A program made the translations under genes and the position numbers. Positions 18,903-28,800 of a stretch of DNA of 64,000 bases are shown in pieces. Below the pieces are notes generated by a model. The model worked only from the letters and a program-made list of their open reading frames with translations, was not told the origin of the DNA and did no database searches. Origin of the DNA: a virus (lineage: Duplodnaviria > Caudoviricetes); IMG/VR virus record IMGVR_UViG_3300031992_000042, positions 1 through 64,000 of that record. The stretch is one strand, 5' to 3'. How positions within the stretch are numbered: position 1 is the stretch's first letter; each line of letters starts with the position of its first letter.

Positions 18903-21900
18903 TAGAAACTCACCCCCGATGCATTAGGTAAGGACACCCAGCTATAAGTTGCGGTGCCATTTGAAACAGAACACTGAAGGATGTATGTACCGTCGCTGGA
19001 AGGAGCGGCAGGCAGAATAAGATTTTTGGCAGGAACATGCGTAAACTCACCATTCCGACCAATGAGGATTTGGTCTTCTGGTTTGTTGAATTGATACTGG
19101 TTATTATCATAACTATAATAAATATTCTCATCATCAGTCCAGATTCTCGCTCCAGAAAAACTTGTCAATCCAGTCCAAGTTTTCACGGACCAAATGGAGG
19201 TTGATTTATCAAGAATATATTGATTTGAACCACTGCTATAATAAATGTTTTCTCCATCTGTCCAAATATTATCTCCACTAAAACTCGTTAATCCAGTCCA
19301 TGTTTTTGTAGACCATGCTGATGTTGACTTATCAAGAATATATTGATTTGTACCATCACTGTGATAAATGTTTTCTCCGTCTGTCCAAATATAATTTCTA
19401 TATAATTGTGTCAAACCAGTCCAAGTCTTTGTAGACCATGTGGAAGTAGAAGTATCAAGTATGCGTTGACTTGAACCACTGCTATAATAAATGTTTTCTC
19501 CATCTGTCCAAATAAATTCACCGTAAAATGCTGTATATCCAGTCCATGTTTTTGTAGACCATGTGGAAGTTGACTTGTCAAGAACGTATTGACTGGAAGA
19601 GCTATCACTATAATAAATGTTTTCTCCGTCTGTCCAAACATTACTTCCAAAAAAACTTGTTAATCCTGTCCAAGTTTTTGCAGACCAAGTGGAAGTAGAT
19701 TTATCGAGAACATATTGGTCTGCGCCAAAGCTATAATAAGTATTTTCTCCATCTGTCCAAACATATTCTCCACTAAAACTCGTCAGATAATTCCAAGCCT
19801 TTGTAGACCAGTCATTTTGTAACGCATATTCTTTGTCAATCTTTTTAGAGCCTACGGCCCATGCGCCATTGGAAACTTCTAATGATTTACCGTTATCAGT
19901 AGATGTTATGTCAGGCAAAGTGCCGGGAATAGAAAATGCAGAAACAGGTATAGACGTAAATTCTCCATTACGACCGATAAGAATTTGGTCTTCGTGTTTG
20001 TTGAATTTATATTGGTTTGAGCTATCACTATAGTAAATATTTTTGCCATCTGTCCACACATATCGTGCATCAAAAATTTCTAATCCTGTCCAAGATTTTG
20101 TGGACCATGTAGAAGTTAATTTATCGAGAATATATTTATCTGAACCATAATTATAATAAATATTTTCTCCATCAGTCCAAATATAAGAACCATAAAAGCT
20201 TGTTAATCCAGTCCAAGACTTTGTAGACCATGTAGAATTTGATTTGTTAAGAATATACTGAGAAGAACCTTTACTATAATAAATATTATCTCCAGCAGTC
20301 CAAACATGCAGTCCATTAAAATTTGTTAATCCAGTCCAAGATTTTGCTGACCAAGTAGAAGTTGGTTTATTAAGAATATATTGATTCAAATTATAACTAT
20401 AATAGATATTTTCTCCATCAGTCCAAATACGATCACCATTAAAACTTGATATTCCGTTCCAAGATTTTTTGGACCATGTAGAAGTTGTTTTGTTAAGAAC
20501 ATATTGATCAGAACTGCTGCTATAATAAATATTTTCTCCATCAGTCCAAATGTAATTGCCATAAAAATTTGTCAATCCAGTCCACGTTTTTTCTGAGCAT
20601 GTAGAAGTTGATTTATTAAGAACATATTGAGTTGTACTATAACTATAATAAATATTTTCTCCATCAGTCCAAATATATTGTCCTGTAAATTCTGTTAATC
20701 CTGTCCATGTTTTTGCAAGCCAATCACTTGTGTCATATTCTTTATCAATCTTTTTTGATCCGGTAGCCCAAGATCCGTTAGAAACCTCAAGGGACTTTCC
20801 ATCATCGGAAGAAGTAACAGCAGGGAGAGGAGTTACTTTTGTGCCGCCTGTAGAATCTGCGTTACAGCCGACGTAAAGATCTCCTTTAAGTCGTTCATCG
20901 CCTGTCCATGTAAGAGCGCGGGCATTAGCACGGTTGTTTTGATCCACGCCGTTACCTATGATTTCTGCATAAGTATAATTATTATCTTGGACATTGTATT
21001 TGCCACCAGCATGTTGCGCTTGTCCTTTTGCTATTGTATACTGTCCTTCTGCATGCGCGGATTGCCCATTTGCAGTAGTATAGCTACCTTCAGCATGCGC
21101 TGCTTGACCAGATGCGGTGGTTTGGTCACCTTCTGCAAAAGCCGAAAGATATGTTGCTTTATTCATAGTGCCAAGAGCAAAAGATCGAGTACCTGACGCT
21201 TCATTTTGGGCACCAATAGCAACGCTGTTATCACCAACCGTAGTATTTTCTTTTCTACCAAGGCTTATACTTCCAGTAAATATAGGATTATCTTTATCTG
21301 CCTTTCCACTGATGTCCGGAATAGCAGCTTTGACGCCACCACTTGTTACAAGATGCGTGCTTCCTTCAGTTGGTGTTGTATCAACATTGGTCACAGCGGC
21401 AGCATAAGCAGCAGCGCCCCTATCTCCGCGATAAGCAGTAGAAGAAGTTTCTCCAAGGGCGAGATCGCTTGCGATCGATACATAAGCAGACCCACTCCAA
21501 CGATATGTCAGATTTGTATTAGTGTCGATATATATTACGCCGCTATTTCCCTGTGTTGGAAATTTAGTGGCTACATCCCATTTGCTTTCATCGAACGTTT
21601 CATCTTCGTTTGCTGTTTTACAAATATAACCATTTACATTTTCGCTAACGTCAGTAATTTTAACTCTGTTTCCAACTGCATACGAAGTACCTGAAACCCA
21701 TTCATCCCAGTCTGAAAAGTCTTTAGAATCAAATTCTAAAACGTCATCTACATAACTCGGAAGTTGACTGCTTGGAACTTTACCATTTGAATCAAGTTCA
21801 GCCAATCCATTAGCTTCACCTTTTGTAGATGATAACGGAAAAGTTGTTTTAAGTTTGTCTAAAAAATGACTTAACCCATCATAATCAAGATAAGGCATAA

Positions 21901-21907
21901 TAGTCAC
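18902..21907 (-). CDS. mosaic fibre/adhesin: CBM-like module, YadA-head-like repeats, two 6-repeat beta-propeller-like modules
   Basis: WVSGTSYAVG..YICK; AHAEG repeats; 12 x ~41-aa WTGLT.F.G..IWTDGENIYYS...QY.L.K..STW repeats. Confidence 0.8.
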   Translation of the reverse strand: MTIMPYLDYDGLSHFLDKLKTTFPLSSTKGEANGLAELDSNGKVPSSQLPSYVDDVLEFDSKDFSDWDEWVSGTSYAVGNRVKITDVSENVNGYICKTANEDETFDESKWDVATKFPTQGNSGVIYIDTNTNLTYRWSGSAYVSIASDLALGETSSTAYRGDRGAAAYAAAVTNVDTTPTEGSTHLVTSGGVKAAIPDISGKADKDNPIFTGSISLGRKENTTVGDNSVAIGAQNEASGTRSFALGTMNKATYLSAFAEGDQTTASGQAAHAEGSYTTANGQSAHAEGQYTIAKGQAQHAGGKYNVQDNNYTYAEIIGNGVDQNNRANARALTWTGDERLKGDLYVGCNADSTGGTKVTPLPAVTSSDDGKSLEVSNGSWATGSKKIDKEYDTSDWLAKTWTGLTEFTGQYIWTDGENIYYSYSTTQYVLNKSTSTCSEKTWTGLTNFYGNYIWTDGENIYYSSSSDQYVLNKTTSTWSKKSWNGISSFNGDRIWTDGENIYYSYNLNQYILNKPTSTWSAKSWTGLTNFNGLHVWTAGDNIYYSKGSSQYILNKSNSTWSTKSWTGLTSFYGSYIWTDGENIYYNYGSDKYILDKLTSTWSTKSWTGLEIFDARYVWTDGKNIYYSDSSNQYKFNKHEDQILIGRNGEFTSIPVSAFSIPGTLPDITSTDNGKSLEVSNGAWAVGSKKIDKEYALQNDWSTKAWNYLTSFSGEYVWTDGENTYYSFGADQYVLDKSTSTWSAKTWTGLTSFFGSNVWTDGENIYYSDSSSSQYVLDKSTSTWSTKTWTGYTAFYGEFIWTDGENIYYSSGSSQRILDTSTSTWSTKTWTGLTQLYRNYIWTDGENIYHSDGTNQYILDKSTSAWSTKTWTGLTSFSGDNIWTDGENIYYSSGSNQYILDKSTSIWSVKTWTGLTSFSGARIWTDDENIYYSYDNNQYQFNKPEDQILIGRNGEFTHVPAKNLILPAAPSSDGTYILQCSVSNGTATYSWVSLPNASGVSF

Positions 21908-22092
21908 TCCTTTCTAAATAACTCGTCTATTTCATTTTCTGTAATACTTGATATATTATCTACTTTTGCTTTATCTTCAGCTGTATAATCGTTCGAAGAT
22001 AATGTTTTGCCATGTTCAACATTTACTTTACCGCTTAATGCAGACTTAACACGAGGCCAGATCCAATTATAAACATCGTTTGTCTTATTCAT
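21904..22092 (-). CDS. small fibre linker protein
   Basis: KV...GK.LSSNDYT.EDK motif; ends ITENEIDELF. Confidence 0.6.
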   Translation of the reverse strand: MNKTNDVYNWIWPRVKSALSGKVNVEHGKTLSSNDYTAEDKAKVDNISSITENEIDELFRKE

Positions 22093-22145
22093 CTTATCTT
22101 TCACCTAAGTATAGATTTCAGATGATAAAAAGGATGAGTATTTAC

Positions 22146-22406
22146 TCATCCTTGCATATTATTTAACTGATTGATTATTATATTTGGATCTACGTTTTTT
22201 TGTTTGCACATATTGTAATATAACTGTTGCGCATTGCCGCCGTTTTGATTGATGAACTCCAATGTCTTTTGCATTTGCGGATTGTTCTGAGCTAAGGACT
22301 GTAAAGTATTTGTTTTATTATTAGCTCCCATAACCATTTTAAACATTTGCACAATAGGATTATTAGCTAATGAGAAATTCATCATTTGATTAAGAATCGG
22401 ATTCAT
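22146..22406 (-). CDS. Asn/Gln/Met-rich small protein
   Basis: MNPILNQMM...NPQMQK...GGNAQQLYYNMCKQKNVDP. Confidence 0.7.
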   Translation of the reverse strand: MNPILNQMMNFSLANNPIVQMFKMVMGANNKTNTLQSLAQNNPQMQKTLEFINQNGGNAQQLYYNMCKQKNVDPNIIINQLNNMQG

Positions 22407-22767
22407 CGTTCATCGCTCCTTCTATTTTCTGGAGTCGTTCATCAATAGAAATAAGTCGATCTTCTAAAGTTTTAACATCAGGTTTTGGTTCATCGACATG
22501 TAAGCTTACATCGTAAGGAGTCTTTGTTTTATATCCTGCGCCATCTGTCTGAACAAACCAGACAATCGGCGCTGTCTCGTCTAACAACAACACAGAACTG
22601 TTCGGTCCCATTTGAAACATGTCAACTCCGGGTTCGCCTTGTACTCTGATAACTTCATAATGCGGAGCAGCGAGCGGAGACATCTGTTGCATAAAATTAT
22701 TCTGCGAAATAAGGCTATAAGGATTGTTATTAGAAATAGAGTTGCCTCCCCAATTAATACCGCTCAT
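22390..22767 (-). CDS. conserved hypothetical protein with Gln/Asn-rich N-terminus
   Basis: VQGEPG..FQMGPNSSVLLLDE..PIVW...TDGAG. Confidence 0.7.
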   Translation of the reverse strand: MSGINWGGNSISNNNPYSLISQNNFMQQMSPLAAPHYEVIRVQGEPGVDMFQMGPNSSVLLLDETAPIVWFVQTDGAGYKTKTPYDVSLHVDEPKPDVKTLEDRLISIDERLQKIEGAMNDESDS

Positions 22768-22772
22768 ATAAA

Positions 22773-23084
22773 TCAAACTCCTTTATACATAGAAATAGCA
22801 GCCTTAGCCTCGGCTGCTTTATCAATATGTCTTCTATGTAAAATATCATACACAGACTTCATTGCTTCAGGAGGTTCACCGTTTTTACGTTTATATTCGT
22901 TTATAATAGTGACCACCTGATCATGTAATATCATCATATGTTTCATTTCTTCTTCTGAAAGTCGAATGAACATGTCTGCTAAAGCAGGATTCTCATCTTT
23001 ATAATTTAAAGCGCATTTTGCATATTTCATAGCATCACTAATTTCTTCATCGATGTATTCCGAAAGTTTTTCTATAATTTTCAT
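22773..23084 (-). CDS. ferritin-like helical-bundle protein
   Basis: EE..DA..Y and EEEMKH (ExxH) motifs. Confidence 0.6.
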   Translation of the reverse strand: MKIIEKLSEYIDEEISDAMKYAKCALNYKDENPALADMFIRLSEEEMKHMMILHDQVVTIINEYKRKNGEPPEAMKSVYDILHRRHIDKAAEAKAAISMYKGV

Positions 23085-23096
23085 AAGATCAACTCC

Positions 23097-25109
23097 TTAA
23101 GAAAATAGTGCATCAATTTGTGAACTTGATATAGTATCAATATGTGCGTCTAGTCCAGTATAAGTTACATTATAAACAATAGTACTCGGAGATCCATCCG
23201 TCCATGTGAATGTAGTTCTAGCCCATGTGTATTCACCTTGAACAGGAGAGGGAGCGGAGCTCCATCCAAAAACAGGAATAGCTATACCTTGACTATTTGC
23301 ATATTCTGTTGTTGCACTTGAAAGAAAATTACCTAGAGCAGTAATCCTATTATCCATATATTCAGAATAGTATTTTGCATTATTTGTTGCGCTAGGAGTA
23401 CCAGACGATCCGCCTGTTGCCCACATTTCTGAAGATTGTGAACTTACTAATGAATTATTTGCGTAAGTAGAAGCATTAGCTTCGCTTGCTGCCGCATTAA
23501 CAGCGCTTGTTGATGCGTTTGTTTCGCTTGTAAATGCATTGTTAGCGCTTGTTGCTGCATTAGTGGCGTTTACGTTAGCTTGTTCTGAATAATATTTAGC
23601 ATTATTATGATACGTAGCGTCTGAAGGAGATACGTCTGTATTACCGCGCTTACCGACAGCCCAAGCTTCTGCGTTTGATTCACTTGACGCAGCAGCATTT
23701 TCTGAAGTTTTAGATGCCGCTTCTGAAGCTGCAGCATTTGTTTCTGATAAAGCAGCATTGGACTCGCTTGTTGCAGCGTTAGCTGCTGAGGCGCTTGCAT
23801 TAAGCTCACTTTGAGCAGCATTATTTTCAGATAATGAAGCAGCAGACGCAGAATTCGCAGCGTTAGTTGCGCTCGTAAGAGCATCTGCAGCAGAAACAGA
23901 AGCAGACGAAGCGTTTGTTGCTGCGTTCGTTTCAGATGCAGCCGCAGCATTTTCACTTGCAAGAGCAGCCGCTGCAGAATCAGCCGAATTGGTAGCACTT
24001 GTACTTGACTCTGAAGCTTTTGTAGAAGCTAACGAAGCAGAACTAGCAGCAGCGGTTTCAGACGCTGATGCATTCAACTCACTTGTAGCAGCGGCAGCAG
24101 CAGAAGCAGCTGATTGCTCAGAATAATACTTAGCATTATCCGTAGCAGAAGCATGAGTATTAGTAGATCCAGCCCATGCCTTTGCTTCGTTTTTATAATA
24201 TTCAGCATTATCTGTTCCACGGATAGTTGAACTATCATCTAAACTTTTACCATCAGAATAACTTTTCGCCTGTTCTGCCCAGTAACGAGAGTTGTTAGTA
24301 GCTCCAGGAGTATCTCCTTGAATACCATTATTAGCCCAAAGTTTAGCTTGATTTTTATAATAAATTGCATTATCCGTAGCAGACGCATGGGTTTCTCCTG
24401 ATCCAACCCATAATCTTGCTTCTTCTTTATAATATTCAGCATTGTCTGTTCCACGAATTGTCGTAGAGTCGTCTAAGCTTTTACCATCCGAATAACTTTT
24501 AGATTGTTCAGCCCAATAACGAGAGTTATTTGTAGAATTAGGAGTGTCTCCCTGGATACCGTTATTAGCCCATAATTTGGCTTGATTTTTAAAATATTCT
24601 GCATTATCCGTAGCTCTTGCTTCAACTGATTGATTGTTTAAATCTTTGCCATTTGTATAAGACTTAGATTGTTCTGCCCAATATTTAGAGTTGTTTGTAG
24701 CAGTTCCTGTGCCTTCTGTTGTTCCTGCCGCCCACATAGCAGAACGTTCCGCTTGTTCTTTTGCGCTGTTTCCAACAGTATACTGATCCTGCGCAGTTGC
24801 ATTAATTTTACCGATTGCCCATTTTTCAGCATTAATAACATGTTCTTCGGTAGCAATCATGAAAGCAATCCAGTCATGAAAGTCGCCTTCAAAACCAGCT
24901 TCCAATGCAAGAGGATAGTCTGAAACAGGTCCAACGGTTTGAATCTGATCATTAATAAACATTGCATATAAAATGCCAGCACTATTATACGCAGGCTCGT
25001 CTGGGTTTCCGGGATCGAGAGGGTCACCAGTGCCAACCCATATTTGAGTTAATCCCCGATAAAGCGGGACATACTCATCAAACTTTGCAAAAAAAGTATA
25101 TTCAGCCAT
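23097..25109 (-). CDS. tail fibre-like protein with Ala/Ser coiled-coil repeats
   Basis: repeated NN(A/S)KY(Y/W).EQ; SETNAA repeats; ends IDALFS. Confidence 0.75.
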   Translation of the reverse strand: MAEYTFFAKFDEYVPLYRGLTQIWVGTGDPLDPGNPDEPAYNSAGILYAMFINDQIQTVGPVSDYPLALEAGFEGDFHDWIAFMIATEEHVINAEKWAIGKINATAQDQYTVGNSAKEQAERSAMWAAGTTEGTGTATNNSKYWAEQSKSYTNGKDLNNQSVEARATDNAEYFKNQAKLWANNGIQGDTPNSTNNSRYWAEQSKSYSDGKSLDDSTTIRGTDNAEYYKEEARLWVGSGETHASATDNAIYYKNQAKLWANNGIQGDTPGATNNSRYWAEQAKSYSDGKSLDDSSTIRGTDNAEYYKNEAKAWAGSTNTHASATDNAKYYSEQSAASAAAAATSELNASASETAAASSASLASTKASESSTSATNSADSAAAALASENAAAASETNAATNASSASVSAADALTSATNAANSASAASLSENNAAQSELNASASAANAATSESNAALSETNAAASEAASKTSENAAASSESNAEAWAVGKRGNTDVSPSDATYHNNAKYYSEQANVNATNAATSANNAFTSETNASTSAVNAAASEANASTYANNSLVSSQSSEMWATGGSSGTPSATNNAKYYSEYMDNRITALGNFLSSATTEYANSQGIAIPVFGWSSAPSPVQGEYTWARTTFTWTDGSPSTIVYNVTYTGLDAHIDTISSSQIDALFS

Positions 25110-25444
25110 TACTGGATCACCTCCCTCTTAAGTTGAACACCAGTACTGCCTTTAATAGGCTGACTAGCCATTCTTACGCCTTTCATCTCTACGTTAAGCT
25201 GAATAATATAATGTTGATGATCTTCAAATAGTAAAGCTTCGTTTTGCGTAAAGGATATTTCGATCCTTGAAACGGATCTCATTTCTTCTGTCCAACCGGA
25301 AGTGACCAAACGTTCAAGAAAAACATCATCGCCTTGCTTATATGTAATATATATTTTTGCATTATTCGTTGTTAGTTCATTGGCACCAAACGGAACGATA
25401 AATGCATGTGTTATTGTTTCGCCGGGGTTAAACATCCTAATCAC
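25109..25444 (-). CDS. BppU-like small baseplate/fibre protein
   Basis: position; IYITYKQ...FTQNE motif. Confidence 0.55.
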   Translation of the reverse strand: MIRMFNPGETITHAFIVPFGANELTTNNAKIYITYKQGDDVFLERLVTSGWTEEMRSVSRIEISFTQNEALLFEDHQHYIIQLNVEMKGVRMASQPIKGSTGVQLKREVIQ

Positions 25445-25464
25445 TTCCTTTCATATATTTGCCT

Positions 25465-25818
25465 TTAAGGTTCTATAAAGTCTATAAAACTCTCCAAAGA
25501 CTCGATAGTTAAGAATGTTATTCCGTCAACAATAGGTAGTTTTATTTTGTTGATTGTTTGTTCAATTTCTAAATTATCTAATTCTGTTTTTTCGTTTATG
25601 TAATCTGTATAACGTTGTCCATAAAGCATACCTTTTTCATCTGCAAATTCTGCATATTTAGTTGCTAAAGATCTTATACGTTCTTCATAAAAGTCGATAA
25701 AAGAACGGAGCTCTTTACGTAAAGAGTAAAGAGCCCACTGTTCTTTAGCGTGATAATCTTTTATGTTTGATAAAGTTTCTAAAGCTGTGTACGCATTAAC
25801 AATATCAATCTGTTTCAT
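25465..25818 (-). CDS. hypothetical tail-region protein
   Basis: AAGGAG RBS; follows the tail spike gene. Confidence 0.6.
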   Translation of the reverse strand: MKQIDIVNAYTALETLSNIKDYHAKEQWALYSLRKELRSFIDFYEERIRSLATKYAEFADEKGMLYGQRYTDYINEKTELDNLEIEQTINKIKLPIVDGITFLTIESLESFIDFIEP

Positions 25819-25848
25819 AATCAATCTCCTTTAATGTTTTGTAAATAA

Positions 25849-28800
25849 TCATGATCCAACAAACAAATGCGCATTCCACATTGCCTGTAAGTCGAACCTG
25901 TAATATCTCCATGCGCTTGCGTTAGCATCCCACCAAGCCCAATAATAAGCAGGAGCTGTTACAGAATATGCGTCGTTATAACTAACACCAGAGGTTGTAT
26001 TCATAACCATGGCAAGAGGAGCATTGCTAGCTGTGTCAGAACCCATCCAATATCCAACATAATTATTTTGTTTGCCCATTTCGACATTGTAAGCATGTCC
26101 GTTAGACGAGTAATTTTTACCTAAAGATGTAGACATAATTTCCCATCCGGCAATTTCGCCGTATTTTGCAGTTAAGTAACCTTGATTTGTTACTTTAAAC
26201 TTTGCAGTTCCAGACGAACCAGGAGTACCTCCGGCAAAGAACATGGAATATGCGCTTGTACTGGATGGAGAATATTGAAGGCCCATACTAGAATTGTTTG
26301 GTCCGTTACCATCACAAATCCATCCGCCACCGTTTGTAAATACACCTATTTTCCATCCTGCAATTTCGCCACTTGTAGCGGTTACTTTGCCTTCAATTGT
26401 TGCTTTTGTTGCTTTAACTGTACCGTTTGCAGTTACAGTGAATGCAGCATTCGCTTGATTATTACTATTTCCGGCCCAGAACACATAATTAGAGTCTCCT
26501 GTACCTGTTCCTATGCCTACTTTACTTGCTGCTGCGCTAGCTCCAGTTCCAATATAGTCTGTGCCAATATACCATCCCGCAATCTGACCACTAGTTGCAG
26601 TAATTTTACCTGTAATGTCAGCTGATGTTGCAGTTAATGCGCCTGCTGTAGTTACTTTGAATACACCTTTACCCAAAGTAATACCGTCTGTCCCGATGTA
26701 AATGCCATCATGAGCAGTATCACCTGTGCTTGTTACACCGTTATAAATATATGCATGACCACTAGTACCAGTTGTAGCGCCTATTGTAAATGGTTTTACT
26801 CCATTTCCAATTTCAATTGTTCCTGCTGTTGTAAATGCTAGCTTTTGATTTGCTGTGATAGACACGGTCGCACCAGCAGCAATAGAAATAGTGTTTGCAG
26901 AAACCATATTAATTGTTCCTGCGGCGGCATCTACTTGCAATTTAGCTCCTTTGGTAACAGACGTTCCTACCAATGCCCAGTCAGCACTATTGTTTTTTGT
27001 GCTGCTTACTTGTTTGCATACATATTGATACCCATATCCACTAGTAGTCTCATACCAAATATCTCCGGCATGATAATCTTTTGTCGTGATATTTCCAGTT
27101 CCAGTAGAAGGACAATACCAAGTTTTTGCTCGAGAGTTAGCATTTGTATTAGCTGAACTTGCAGCTGACGCTGCATTATCTGCAGTAGTTTGCGCTGTTG
27201 TTGTTGCAGACTCCATGTTAGAAAGTTTAGTGCTAAGTGTTATATTGCCTAAACTTACTTTTGCTGCATTAACTTTAAACTCAGCGCCAGCATCACCTTT
27301 AGTATCAAATTTGAAATAATAGTTTGTACTTCTTAAGTTAATACCGTCAGTTCCAACATAAACACCTGTATGTGACGAATCTAAAATTGATTCTATCCCA
27401 TTACGAATGTAAGCACGGATATACTTGTTGCTAGACGAATAAGTATAATAGTCAGATCCAATCGTAAAAGGAGATGACGAATTGCCTATTAAGACAGTTC
27501 CGCCACTTCCAGTTGGATTAGCGTGATTTGTACCAGATGCATTACCTGCCAATAAAGACAATGTTTTGTTCGCGGCTACGCTTATAGTAGCGCCTGCTGC
27601 AATATTAATAGAATTAGCAGCGACCATATTAATAGTGCCAGTACTTGCATTGATATCAAGACTAGCTCCTGCTGTTACAGCAGTACCAGTCAAAACCCAG
27701 TCAGAAGTGACTTGTGCTGCGGTTGCGTTGCTTCGTGTCTGAATGCATCGATAAATATAGAAATATTGTTTATTGTTTATTGTATCTGTGCAAGTCCAAG
27801 TGTTTCCTTTAGTGTAAGACTTGCCTGTCATTTGAGCAGTAGTACAATAAAAAGTTGTTGTATTGTTATCTATACTAGTAAGTTTAGCGCCTAATGTTTG
27901 GTTTAAGTCTCCTAATGTTATATTTGAAGCATTTACATTTAAGGAGGCTGTATTGCCGTCTGTAGAAAATTTAAACTTGTTTGCAATGTTAATACCGTCT
28001 GTACCGATGTAAATACCTGTACCTGAAGAGTCAAGCGATGTTTTTCCGCCAGCATACATATAGTCTCTACCCGTTGCAGAACCTATTGTAAATCCGGCTA
28101 TCTTACCGCCAGTAGTAGTAATATTGCCTTTTACAGTAACATCATACTCGTTGGTGGTACTATTCTTTTGGATTTTGAAGTTACTTGTATCAATTAAAAG
28201 AACACCACCTGACTGTACGTCTAAGGTGGTTCCGCTTTTAATTGCTATTTTGCCTTGAGATTCAAGATTTAATGTAGCACCAACTAAATCAAGTTTTCCG
28301 CCTGATTCAATTCTGGCGCTTGACCCTCCATATAGATTAAGATTACCGCCAGACTGAATATCAATATATGCAGGAGTATTTCCATCTTTGGCTGCAATTT
28401 TGATATACGAGTCACCTTCATTTGGATGTTTGGTTTCTAAACCATCTACTGGACGTGTTCCGTCAACAGTAGCATAGAGCATGAGCGCTTTATTGCTGCT
28501 AATTTCAAGTTCCTGTCCTACCATAGAAGATAACTTATCTGTTGTAATTGTACCTGCGATAATATGCTTTGCGGAAAATTCTCCTGTTGCGATAACGTCG
28601 CAGTTAAAACCTTTACCCGAAAGAGCAGTTCTCCAATCCCAATCCCCATATTCATCTTTTGAATTTGCGATCATCAAGCCTCGTCCGGTCAACATCATTG
28701 CAGAGTTGCCATCGGCATCCTCGAACACAATGTTGCCTTTTGAATCTGTATACCAGTTGGAAGTTCCACCTAGTATATAAATTTTATTAGCCTGAATAAG

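Noticed and set aside
17373-21907. Diversity-generating retroelement acting on the LRR or propeller genes
   Set aside because: No reverse transcriptase or non-coding template repeat in the window; repeat differences include synonymous and non-adenine changes
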